From an uncultured Actinomycetes bacterium (lineage in GTDB: Bacteria > Actinomycetota > UBA4738 > HRBIN12), in contig CAWCXU010000001.1 in NCBI GenBank assembly GCA_963799625.1, forward strand, positions 143,920 through 207,919: a DNA stretch of 64,000 nt, written 5' to 3'. The translations under genes and the position numbers were made by a program. The notes beneath the pieces were generated by a model. The model saw nothing but the letters and a program-made list of their open reading frames with translations, was not told the DNA's origin and searched no databases. Position 1 is the stretch's first letter, and each line of letters opens with the position of its first letter. Positions 19,068 to 28,200 of this stretch are shown here, in pieces.

Positions 19068-20956
19068 CCCGTCGCCTCCCGCACGCTCGGCTGGGCCTGC
19101 GGCTCGTCGACGTCGAGGTCGGGCAGCGTGTCGAGCGGCGGCAGCCCGAGGTTGCCGATGAACCGGTCGTTGAAGTCCTCGACCCCCGACAGCTCGATGT
19201 ACTCGACGAACGTCGGGATCTCCCAGGCGACCTCCCGCTCGCGGAACGACATCAGCGCCATCTTCGCTCCTTCGCTCGCGGTGTTGCCCACCGCCTTGAT
19301 CTTGTCGACGGTGACGGCGGGGACCAGGCCGATCACCTGGGCGCTCCGCGGGTTGATGTAGGAGCCGAAGGAGCCGGCGAGCATCACCTCGTCGAGATCC
19401 TCCGCCGCGAGCCCGAGTGCGCGCATCGCGGTCTCGATGCCCGTCGAGATCGCGCCCTTCGCGAACTGCAGCGCCCGGACGTCCGACTGCGTGAGCACGA
19501 TCTCCCCTGCAAGTTGAAAGGCCCGTACGTCCTCGCGCATCACGATGCGGCCGGCCAGCGGGTGACGGATCGCCTCCGCGGCCTCGCGGGTCATCATCTT
19601 CCCGCCGTCGTCGAGCAGGCCGGCCAGGCGCAGCTGCGCGACGATGTCGATCAGACCCGACCCACAGATGCCTTTGGGCTCGACGTCGCCGCCGATCACC
19701 TGCAGTTCGATCTCGCCGTTCGTCAGGGTCACGCCCTCGATCGCACCCTCGGTGGCGCGCATCCCGTACAAGATCTCGCCGCCCTCGAAGGCGGGGCCGG
19801 CGGGCGCGGCGGTCGCGACCGATCGCTCGGCGTTGCCGCACGCGATCTCGCCGTTCGTGCCCACGTCGACCAGCAGCCGCGTCTCCGGATCGCGGACGAG
19901 TCCGGTCGCGACGATGTCGGCGACGATGTCGGCCCCGACGTAGGCGCCGATCGACGGGTAGATCGCGACCCAGGCCAGGGGGTGGATCTGCATCCCGAGC
20001 TGGTCGGCGCGCACGTCCTGCGCCTCGGTGAAGGTCGCGACATAGGGTGCGAGCGCGATCGACTCGGGGTTCACGCCGAGCAGCAGCGACATCATCGTGG
20101 CGTTGCCGGCGACGACAGCCTCGTAGATCTCCTCGGGCTGCACGTCCGCCTCGGCCTGGACCCGCTCGAGGAGCTCGTTCACCGTCTCGAGCGCGGCCGC
20201 CTTCAGTTGGTCGATGTTCTCTTGGCCGTGCATCGCCTTGGCCATCCGCGCGATCACGTCCGCGCCGTAGGAGGCCTGACGGTTGATCGTGCTCGCGACC
20301 GCGACCGTCGCGCCGTTGCGCAGGTCGACCAGGGTGCAGACGCACGTGGTGGTGCCGATGTCGAAGCTCACGCCGAACATCCGGTCGCGGGTGTCGCCCT
20401 CCTCGCAGTCGACCAGGTACTCGCCGACGAGGGTGGCGGTCACGTTCGACCCGTTCCTGAACGCCTCGGCGACCCTGGGCAGGACTTCCCAGTCGTGGTT
20501 GCGGGAGTAGCCCGCTTCCTCCACGGCGTCCATCACCCGGCGCAGATGGGAGCGGTGATCCTCGAGCGAGGGCGGCGGGAGCTCCAGGTAGAGCTTGGCC
20601 ACGTTGGGCTCGAGCAGCACGAACCGCCCGACGCCCATCGTCGCGGCCTTCGGCATCTTCATCAGCCGGGGGACGTCGACCGTCATCGGGCCGTTGATCG
20701 GGCACTGACACGAAAGGCGCCATCCGTCGTCGAGCTTGTCGGCCAGGTGGCGGTAGTCGGCGAGCGACAGCTCCGCCGCGCCGTCGAGCACTTGCACGCC
20801 GCACTTGCCGCACGTGCCGCGGCCGCCGCACGTCGACTCGATCGGCAGCCCGGCCCAGTGCGCGGCGTTGAACACGGTCGTGCCCGCCGGGACCCGCGCG
20901 GTCTTCCCGCTCGGGAGGTACGTGACCTCGATCTTGCCCGACCCGGAGGTGCTCAT
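19064..20956 (-). CDS. corrinoid activation/regeneration protein (RACo/RamA-like): N-terminal 2Fe-2S ferredoxin + ASKHA ATPase
   Basis: Cys cluster CGGRGTCGKCGV, then DUF4445/ASKHA-type fold. Confidence 0.8.
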   Translation of the reverse strand: MSTSGSGKIEVTYLPSGKTARVPAGTTVFNAAHWAGLPIESTCGGRGTCGKCGVQVLDGAAELSLADYRHLADKLDDGWRLSCQCPINGPMTVDVPRLMKMPKAATMGVGRFVLLEPNVAKLYLELPPPSLEDHRSHLRRVMDAVEEAGYSRNHDWEVLPRVAEAFRNGSNVTATLVGEYLVDCEEGDTRDRMFGVSFDIGTTTCVCTLVDLRNGATVAVASTINRQASYGADVIARMAKAMHGQENIDQLKAAALETVNELLERVQAEADVQPEEIYEAVVAGNATMMSLLLGVNPESIALAPYVATFTEAQDVRADQLGMQIHPLAWVAIYPSIGAYVGADIVADIVATGLVRDPETRLLVDVGTNGEIACGNAERSVATAAPAGPAFEGGEILYGMRATEGAIEGVTLTNGEIELQVIGGDVEPKGICGSGLIDIVAQLRLAGLLDDGGKMMTREAAEAIRHPLAGRIVMREDVRAFQLAGEIVLTQSDVRALQFAKGAISTGIETAMRALGLAAEDLDEVMLAGSFGSYINPRSAQVIGLVPAVTVDKIKAVGNTASEGAKMALMSFREREVAWEIPTFVEYIELSGVEDFNDRFIGNLGLPPLDTLPDLDVDEPQAQPSVREATG

Positions 20957-21870
20957 CAGACGGTCGCCGCCTCCAGCTCCGCACGATGGTCCTTGATCCA
21001 CTCGGTGCCGTACTCGTCGTGGCCGAGCAACAGGTCGGCGGCCAAGATCGCCTTCTTCACGGGGCGGTGCAGCGGGTTCGTGATCGCGGTGTTCATCCCG
21101 TTCGCGATCATCACCGTGAGGAACGCGGCGTCGATCTCGTGGCGGCCGGGCATCCCGAAGGAGATGTTGGAGGCGCCGCAGGACAGGTTCACGCCGAGCT
21201 CCGAGCGGATGCGCGCGATCGTGCGGACCATCGCGGTGCCGGCGTCGGGCGCCGCGCCGATCGGCATCGCGAGCGGGTCGATGATCACGTCCTCGCGCTT
21301 GATGCCGTGCTTCTCGGCGTTCTGGACGACCTTGGCCGCTGCGGCGAAGCGCTCGTCCGGGTCCATCGAGATGCCCGACTCGTCGTTGGCCATCCCGATC
21401 ACGGCGGCCCCGTGGGCCGCGACGAGCGGCAGGAGCCGGTCCATCGAGTGCTGCTCGGCGGTCACGGAGTTGATCAGGACCTTGCCGCCCGCGAGCGGCA
21501 CCGCGGCCTCGAGGGCTTCGGGCGTCGAGGAGTCGATGCAGATCGGCACGTCGACCGTGTCGTTCACGATCCTCACCATCTCGGAGAGCATCGCGGCCTC
21601 GTCGAAGCCGGGGATGCCGGCGTTCAGGTCCAGCACCCGGGCGCCCGCGGCGACCTGTGCGAGGGCGTCGGACCGCACGGTCTCGTAGTTGCCCTGCTTC
21701 AGCTCTTCGGCGAGCTTCTTGCGTCCGGTCGGGTTGATCCGCTCGCCGATGATCACGAACGGGTTCGCGTCGCCGACCACGACGTCGTGACCGGCGTGGG
21801 AGCGCAGGACGGTTTCGGCGACTGCGTCGGTGGGCACGGGCTTGCTCCTGGGGTCGGTGGTCGGCGTCAC
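20956..21870 (-). CDS. methyltetrahydrofolate:corrinoid methyltransferase (pterin-binding, MtrH/AcsE/MtgA-like)
   Basis: pterin-binding barrel motifs (IIGERINPTG, ICIDSS). Confidence 0.8.
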   Translation of the reverse strand: MTPTTDPRSKPVPTDAVAETVLRSHAGHDVVVGDANPFVIIGERINPTGRKKLAEELKQGNYETVRSDALAQVAAGARVLDLNAGIPGFDEAAMLSEMVRIVNDTVDVPICIDSSTPEALEAAVPLAGGKVLINSVTAEQHSMDRLLPLVAAHGAAVIGMANDESGISMDPDERFAAAAKVVQNAEKHGIKREDVIIDPLAMPIGAAPDAGTAMVRTIARIRSELGVNLSCGASNISFGMPGRHEIDAAFLTVMIANGMNTAITNPLHRPVKKAILAADLLLGHDEYGTEWIKDHRAELEAATV

Positions 21871-22020
21871 ACTGCCAGAGTCATCGTCACTCGCGGCAAC
21901 GAGACTGACTTCCGGTCAATCGCCGGGTCGGGATCGGCACGGCTCCGAGGATAGGACCGCAGGCAGCCGGGGGGAACGGAGGGTCGGGCGGGACATGTGA
22001 CCCGAGGTCAGCCCCGCGGA

Positions 22021-23697
22021 TCAGCGGGGGTGGGCGAGCGTCATCGGCCCGAGAGCGCCCGCGGGCGTCTCGGCATCGTCGACCACGCGCTCGTCGTCGG
22101 GCGCCGCCGTCACTACCGCCGGCAGCTCGATGTGCTTCGGCATCGCGGGACCCGCCTCGAACCGGTCGCCGAACCGCGGCTCGGGCGTCTCGGCCTCCAG
22201 CGGTGTGTGCCGGACCAGCCGGCGGATCAGGTCGGCGGCGATCCACACGCACACCGCGATCGCGACCGGGTGCCCGAAGGGGAGCCGGACCGACCTGATC
22301 AGCTCCGGGAGGTGGGAGTTCTCGGTGACGAGCTCGGTCACGGTGAACGCGAGGCACAAGACGACGAGCGTCCGCCGCGCGACCCGCGGCAACGCCCACG
22401 CGAGCGGCAGCACCCACACGAGGTACCAGGAGCCGAGCATCGGCGCGAGCAGGATCACCGCGATCAGCGCCCAGCCCCAGGCAGCGGCCATCGCCATCGG
22501 GCGACGCGCGGCGGGGTCGGTCCATATCCGGCGACCGATCATGAACACCGCGAGGAAGGACGCGCCGAACAGCAGGACGTGCGCGGCGATCATCGCGGGC
22601 TTCTCGGCGGCGGGGCCGCCGACCGTTCGTCCGACCCACGTCAGCGAAGCGACGATCAGCTGCCCCGGCGCCTTGCCCGAGTCATGGCCGGACAGCTCGA
22701 ACATGCCGAGCGTCGGGTTCGACCACTGCAGGAACGGGGCGGCCAGGACGAGCCACACACCGCCGACCACGGCCGTGTACTTCGCGAGCACGCGCGCGCG
22801 CCGCTCCGGTTCGGCGTTCGCCGCGATCGCGACGATCAACAGGATCAGCGGCACCACGGCGCTGACCTTCACCGACATCCCGAACCCGAGGCACAGCGCC
22901 GCCGCCAGGTCACGCTTCGCGAACACGCACGAGACGGCGCACGCGACGAAGAACGCGACGAGCATGTCGTTGTGGCCGCCGCCGACCACCTGGTACACGA
23001 CGATCGGATTCAGGCCGATCACGGCGACCGCGAACACGGCGCGGTCGGGACGGACCTTCTTGACGAGGCGCCACACGACGAACAGCGTCCCGAGGCTCGA
23101 GATGGCGGCCAGGACCTGGAAGCCGCGGACGACGCTCGAGACGCTCCGCAGCACGCCGGTCGTGATCACCGACATCCACGTGAACAGCGGCCCGTAGACC
23201 GACGGCGTCGCGCGCCAGCCCGGCCACGTGAGCGTCCACAGCGAGTTCCTCGGGAAGTCGCTCGGCGTGAGCACGTACGGGTTCGCCCCGTACGTCGTCC
23301 AGATGCGTCCGTAGTACGCGTAGCTATAGACGTCGCGCGAGAACAGCAGCGGCAGGGTGAGCACCAACAGGTGGAACGCGACCGCCAGCAGGACGACCAT
23401 CCGGACCGAGATCCGTTGGTGCCACGCCTCGCGCAAGATGAGGATGAAGCCGATCGCGGCCCCGACCACCGCGACGAGCCCGGCGAGCATCAGCCCGGCG
23501 TCGTCGAGCCGCTGCAGCTGCAGGAGGTCGGCCACCCAGCGCAGGGGCCCCTGGGCGCCGACGCCGTCGGGCAGGACCGGGTAGAAGGGAGAGTTGGGGG
23601 TTGCGGAGACGATCGCGACCAGCAGCATGCCGGCGACGGAGGCGACCGTCGCCCGCACCGCGCTGGGGGCGAGGATCGGCCGCGTGGATGTGCGCAT
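22021..23697 (-). CDS. polytopic GT-C-like membrane glycosyltransferase (mannosyltransferase-like; paralog of 29463..31073)
   Basis: many TM segments; motif LLFSRDVYSYAYYGRI shared with the paralog. Start at 23697 chosen over in-frame ATGs at 23720 and 23777 (no convincing RBS). Confidence 0.55.
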   Translation of the reverse strand: MRTSTRPILAPSAVRATVASVAGMLLVAIVSATPNSPFYPVLPDGVGAQGPLRWVADLLQLQRLDDAGLMLAGLVAVVGAAIGFILILREAWHQRISVRMVVLLAVAFHLLVLTLPLLFSRDVYSYAYYGRIWTTYGANPYVLTPSDFPRNSLWTLTWPGWRATPSVYGPLFTWMSVITTGVLRSVSSVVRGFQVLAAISSLGTLFVVWRLVKKVRPDRAVFAVAVIGLNPIVVYQVVGGGHNDMLVAFFVACAVSCVFAKRDLAAALCLGFGMSVKVSAVVPLILLIVAIAANAEPERRARVLAKYTAVVGGVWLVLAAPFLQWSNPTLGMFELSGHDSGKAPGQLIVASLTWVGRTVGGPAAEKPAMIAAHVLLFGASFLAVFMIGRRIWTDPAARRPMAMAAAWGWALIAVILLAPMLGSWYLVWVLPLAWALPRVARRTLVVLCLAFTVTELVTENSHLPELIRSVRLPFGHPVAIAVCVWIAADLIRRLVRHTPLEAETPEPRFGDRFEAGPAMPKHIELPAVVTAAPDDERVVDDAETPAGALGPMTLAHPR

Positions 23698-23863
23698 ACG
23701 CCCGTTGAATCTACCGTAGGACGACAGGGCAACGTAAGGGAGCACCACGCCCGGCGCGCGGCGCAACCGTATCTCCATGTCTGGCCCTCCCAGCGCCGGG
23801 ACCAACCTAGCCCTGGGGACGCTCTCACCGCAAACCGGCCCGCAAGCCCCGTATCCTGCAGCG

Positions 23864-25456
23864 ATGGGCTTCCTGGAGCTGACCGACGTCGCCTACCGGC
23901 TGCCCGGCGGGTGGACCCTGTTCGAGGGGGTGACCTTCCGGGTCCCCGAGGGCGCCCATTCGGCGCTCGTCGGCGCCAACGGGATCGGCAAGACGACGTT
24001 GCTCCGCCTGATCGCGGGCGAGGACCCGCCGAGCGCCGGGTCCATCCGGGTCGACGGACGGGTTGGCCTCATGCGTCAGTTCATCGGCTCGGCCGAGCGC
24101 CCGACCACGGTCCGTGCGTTCCTGCTCGCCTACAGCGAGCCCGAGGTGCGCGAGGCCGCCGCGCGGCTCGAGCGGGCCGAGGAGCGCCTCGCCGCCGACC
24201 CCGACGAACGCGCGCAGCTCGCGTACGCGGCGGCGCTGGAACGGTGGGAGACCGCCGGCGGCTACCGCGCAGAGGTGGTGTGGGATCGCTGCGCCGCCGA
24301 GGCGTTCGGCGGTGGGTACCCGGAGTCGGCGACCCGGCCGATCGAGACGTTGTCGGGTGGCGAGCGCAAGCGTCTGGCGCTGGAGATCGTGCTGCGCTCG
24401 CCGTTCGACGTGGTCGTGCTCGACGAGCCCGACAACACGCTTGACATCGCCGGCAAGGAGTGGCTCGAGGACCGGATCCGCGAGGACCCACGCACCATCC
24501 TGTTCGTGTCGCACGACCGCACCGTCTTGGAGCGCACCGCAACGCAGGTCGTCACGCTCGAGGGGCGCGCGACCTGGACGCACCCCGCGGGGTTCGGCAC
24601 GTACGCGGAGGCCCGCGACGCCAGGGCCGACCGGCTCGACGAGCAGCACCGCCGCTACGACGAGGAGCGCCAGCGCCTGACCGAGATGGTCAAGGAGATG
24701 AAGCGCAAGGCCGCGTACAACGACGGCTGGGCGTCGAAGGCGCGCTCGGCGGAACATCGCCTCGAGCGGTTCGTGGAGCGCGAGCAGCCCCCCTCGAAGG
24801 CGGAGGTGCAGGACGTCCGGATGCGGGTCGCCGGGGGTCGGACCGGGAAGGTCGCGTTCCGCGCCCGTGCGCTCGCGATCGCCGGGATCGTCGCCCCGTT
24901 CGACGCCGAGGTGCGGTTCGGCGAGCGGATCGGGGTGATCGGTCCCAACGGCAGCGGGAAGTCGCACTTCCTGCGGCTGCTCGCGGGGGAGCCGATCGGG
25001 CACGAGGGGGAGTGGATGCTCGGTGCACGCGTCGAGCCCGCGCTGTTCGCGCAGCTGCACGAGCGGCCCGACATCGGCGACCGGCCGATCCTCGAGGTGT
25101 TGCTGAAGCGCGGGCTCGAGCGGTCGCGCGCACACTCCGCGCTGCGGCGCTACGAGCTCGATCGCGCGGCGCAGAACCCGTTCGAGCTGTTGTCGGGCGG
25201 ACAGCAGGCGCGCTTCCAGATCCTGCTGATGGAGCTCGATTCGCCGACGATGTTGCTGCTCGACGAGCCGACGGACAACCTCGATGTCGCGTCGGCCGAC
25301 GCGCTCGAGGCCGCGCTCGACCGCTACGAGGGCACGGTGCTCGCCGTGACGCACGACCGCTGGTTCATGCGACTGCTCGATCGGTTCCTGTTCTTCGACG
25401 AGGACGGCACGGTGCAGGAGCTGCTCGTCTCGCCCTACGACCTGGCGGTGCGGTGA
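23864..25456 (+). CDS. ABC-F family ATPase (two tandem ABC domains, no TM)
   Basis: two Walker A (GANGIGKT, GPNGSGKS), two LSGG signatures, inter-domain linker. Confidence 0.85.
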   Translation: MGFLELTDVAYRLPGGWTLFEGVTFRVPEGAHSALVGANGIGKTTLLRLIAGEDPPSAGSIRVDGRVGLMRQFIGSAERPTTVRAFLLAYSEPEVREAAARLERAEERLAADPDERAQLAYAAALERWETAGGYRAEVVWDRCAAEAFGGGYPESATRPIETLSGGERKRLALEIVLRSPFDVVVLDEPDNTLDIAGKEWLEDRIREDPRTILFVSHDRTVLERTATQVVTLEGRATWTHPAGFGTYAEARDARADRLDEQHRRYDEERQRLTEMVKEMKRKAAYNDGWASKARSAEHRLERFVEREQPPSKAEVQDVRMRVAGGRTGKVAFRARALAIAGIVAPFDAEVRFGERIGVIGPNGSGKSHFLRLLAGEPIGHEGEWMLGARVEPALFAQLHERPDIGDRPILEVLLKRGLERSRAHSALRRYELDRAAQNPFELLSGGQQARFQILLMELDSPTMLLLDEPTDNLDVASADALEAALDRYEGTVLAVTHDRWFMRLLDRFLFFDEDGTVQELLVSPYDLAVR

Positions 25457-26307
25457 GCGACGCGGTCTCGATGGCCGGCGCCGAGGTAAGGATCGGCGGC
25501 CGGCTGATCCTCGGACCGTTCGACCTCGTGATCGGGGCCGGCGAGCGATGGGTGCTGCTCGGGCCGAACGGCTGCGGCAAGACGACGGCGCTCAGCCTGA
25601 TGGGTGCGCGGCGGCAACCGTCGGCCGGAACCGTGGAGGTGCTCGGAGAACGACTCGGGCGGGTCGACGTGCGGGCGCTCCGCCCACGGATCGGTCACGT
25701 ATCGCACCGTGTGGCCGACGCGCTGCGGGGCGAGGCCTCGGTCCTGGACACGGTCCTGACCGGCCGGGACGCGACGCTCGTCACGTGGTGGCCGCGGTTC
25801 GACGGCGACGACGTGGCGCGCGCCTACGCGCTGCTCGCCTCGATCGGCTGCGACGACCTCGCCCACCGGCCGCTCGCGACGTGCTCGCTCGGCGAGCGCC
25901 AACGGGTGCTGATCGCCCGGGCGCTGTTCGGTGAGCACGAGCTGCTCCTGTTCGACGAGCCCGCCGCGGGGCTCGACCTGCCGGCCCGCGAGCGGCTGCT
26001 CGCCGCGATGACCGAGGCCGCGGGACCGACCACCGTCCTCGCGACGCACCACCTGGAGGAGATCCCGGCGACCACGACCCACGCCGCGCTCCTGCGCGAC
26101 GGCCGGGTGCTCGCCGCCGGCGCGATCGACGAGGTGGTGGTTGGCCAGCGGCTGTCCGCGTGTTTCGGCATGCCGATCGTGGTGAGCCGTGCCGACGGCC
26201 GGTGGGCCGCCCGGGCCGGGGGCCGAGTCGGCTACGCGGTCTCCGGATCGTCGCCGATCGGGAGCGCGAGCTGTTCCCCGTCGTCGCGCTTGCGGCGGCG
26301 CGCGTAG
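25453..26307 (+). CDS. ABC transporter ATP-binding protein (single NBD, no adjacent permease)
   Basis: Walker A GPNGCGKT, signature LGERQRV, Walker B LLLFDEP; GTG overlaps upstream stop. Confidence 0.7.
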   Translation: MSDAVSMAGAEVRIGGRLILGPFDLVIGAGERWVLLGPNGCGKTTALSLMGARRQPSAGTVEVLGERLGRVDVRALRPRIGHVSHRVADALRGEASVLDTVLTGRDATLVTWWPRFDGDDVARAYALLASIGCDDLAHRPLATCSLGERQRVLIARALFGEHELLLFDEPAAGLDLPARERLLAAMTEAAGPTTVLATHHLEEIPATTTHAALLRDGRVLAAGAIDEVVVGQRLSACFGMPIVVSRADGRWAARAGGRVGYAVSGSSPIGSASCSPSSRLRRRA

Positions 26308-26552
26308 CGCATCGGCTTGCTGATGAAGTAGATCCCGATCGCGAGCAGCAGCGGGAACACGGCGACGAGCCCCACCATGAGCACCAGGATCGTCGTCGGG
26401 CTCGCGTGATCGTCGGGCGCGCCGATCCACTTCACGATCGCGTACACGGTGATCCCGCCCCACAGCATCACGGCGATCACACCGCCCCAGAGCGTGTACG
26501 CGATCGCGGACAGGGCGCCGATCGCGACCGAGGTGCCGGTGTGCTCCCGCAT
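26232..26552 (-). CDS. small two-TM membrane protein (PLD-N-terminal-domain-like)
   Basis: 106 aa, two hydrophobic helices; 3' end overlaps the convergent ABC gene by 76 nt. Confidence 0.45.
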   Translation of the reverse strand: MREHTGTSVAIGALSAIAYTLWGGVIAVMLWGGITVYAIVKWIGAPDDHASPTTILVLMVGLVAVFPLLLAIGIYFISKPMRYARRRKRDDGEQLALPIGDDPETA

Positions 26553-26606
26553 CGGCGCTCAGCGTAGCGCGCCCGCCGCCGGCGCACCGACTGGGAACAT
26601 GGGCCG

Positions 26607-27518
26607 GTGACCGAGGACCGGCTCCATCGACGCGGCGTCGGTGCCGTCTGGCTCGCGACGTTCATCTGGGCGTGGGGGCCGGTCCTGGTCAAGTGGAGCG
26701 ACCTGTCCGGGCCGACGTTCGCGATGTGCCGGTTGTGGGTGGGGGTCTGTGTGTCGGCGATCGCGCTGCTCGTCACGCGGCGCCGGCTCTCGTGGTCGGC
26801 GTTCCGCGCGTGCGCGCTCGGCGGCGTGCTGTTCGCGGCCGACATCGGGCTCGGCTTCACCGCCGTGCGGGCGACCACCGTCGCCGACGTCGCCCTGATC
26901 GGCGCGCTCGCGCCGGTGGTGATCGTCCTGGTGTCCGCGTACCGGTTGCACGAACACGTGTCGCTGCGGGCGTGGGTGCTCGTCGGCGCGTCGTTCGTCG
27001 GCGTCGTGATCGTCGCGGTGGCCTCGGCCGGCGGGCCGAGCTGGACGCTCCGTGGCGACCTGCTCGCCGTGCTGGGGATCGGGACGTGGTCGGCCTACTG
27101 GTTCTTCTCGCGGCACGTGCGGGAGCGGTTCGATCCGATCGTGTACTTCGCCTGTGTGATGCTCGCCGGCGCCCTGACGATGACGCCGTTCGCGCTGGCG
27201 GTCGACGGCGTGCCGTCGGGCCTCGCCGGCCGCGACCTCTTCGCGGTCATCACCGTCGCCGTCTTCCCCGGGTTCGTCGGACACACGCTCGTGATCTGGT
27301 CGCACAAACACGTCGCGTCGTGGCTATCGGCGCTGATCACCCAGGTGTCGCCGGTGATCACGGCTGTGCTGGCGTGGATCGTGCTGGGCGAGGCGATCCC
27401 GCCGGTCGCCGCGCTCGGCGGCGCGATCACGGTCGGCGCGACGATGGCCGTGATCGCCTGGGACGCGAGCGAGGCCGAGGAACAACATCTCGAAGAGGCG
27501 GCGGAGAAGGTCAGCTAG
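26607..27518 (+). CDS. EamA/DMT family transporter
   Basis: 10 TM segments, duplicated EamA domains. Confidence 0.8.
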   Translation: MTEDRLHRRGVGAVWLATFIWAWGPVLVKWSDLSGPTFAMCRLWVGVCVSAIALLVTRRRLSWSAFRACALGGVLFAADIGLGFTAVRATTVADVALIGALAPVVIVLVSAYRLHEHVSLRAWVLVGASFVGVVIVAVASAGGPSWTLRGDLLAVLGIGTWSAYWFFSRHVRERFDPIVYFACVMLAGALTMTPFALAVDGVPSGLAGRDLFAVITVAVFPGFVGHTLVIWSHKHVASWLSALITQVSPVITAVLAWIVLGEAIPPVAALGGAITVGATMAVIAWDASEAEEQHLEEAAEKVS

Positions 27519-28128
27519 CGCGGGCGGCCCGGACGGTGATCCAGACGCCGAGCCCGAGCACCGCCAGGGCGATCCCCAACACGACGAAGCCGAGCGGGCC
27601 GAGGATCGGGATCGTCACCGAGCCGGATGCCGGGACGTTCACCGAACGCCGGGGTTGCTCGGCCATCACCACCAGGGTCCATGCGCCGGGCTGTGCGGTC
27701 CAATCCAGCGACGGGCCCGCCCCGGTCGCCGTGATGACCCAGAAGGGCTGGGCGGCCGGGGGGGCCGGGGCGCCCGTCCCGGGAACGCTGGTCGTCCGCG
27801 CGGCGCCGGGCTGGTCGAGCTGGTCGATCACGTCGATCGGCACGCCGCGGAGGTAGGCGTCCACGGCCGACGTCGGACCGATCCCGAGGAACATCGGCAT
27901 CGATCCCGGTTCGAGGGCGATGCGGAACGTCACGTGCTGCCCGTCGGGCAGTCGCGGGACGTCGAGCTGCGGCAGCGTGACCGCGTAGCCGTCGCCGATC
28001 AAGCGCGTCGAGATGCCGACCGAACCGTCGGGCCCGACCAGCACGACGAGCGCCGCGCCGGCGACCGTCGCGAACACGCCGAGCACGACCAGCGCGACCC
28101 CGATCGCGATCTTGACGCGGCGACCCAC
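27511..28128 (-). CDS. membrane-anchored protein (hypothetical)
   Basis: N-terminal TM, extracytoplasmic region, C-terminal TM; GTG with AGGA 7 nt upstream. Confidence 0.5.
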   Translation of the reverse strand: MGRRVKIAIGVALVVLGVFATVAGAALVVLVGPDGSVGISTRLIGDGYAVTLPQLDVPRLPDGQHVTFRIALEPGSMPMFLGIGPTSAVDAYLRGVPIDVIDQLDQPGAARTTSVPGTGAPAPPAAQPFWVITATGAGPSLDWTAQPGAWTLVVMAEQPRRSVNVPASGSVTIPILGPLGFVVLGIALAVLGLGVWITVRAARAS

Positions 28129-28200
28129 GCGCCCATCCTGCCAGCCACGCTCCGAGCGTGGCAGCCTTGACCCCGGTCGATCGGCGGCGAAGATGCAGGT

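Noticed and set aside
21871-22020. Possible cobalamin riboswitch upstream of the corrinoid methyltransferase operon
   Set aside because: Could not find the B12-box GCCACUG or the GGGAAGG element on the coding strand by eye; kept only as a low-priority check
21997-24444. 815-aa ORF on + strand (Arg/Asp/Gly/Pro-rich)
   Set aside because: Extreme R/P/G/D composition with no motifs; antisense to a well-supported membrane glycosyltransferase gene. Typical open alternative frame in ~70% GC DNA
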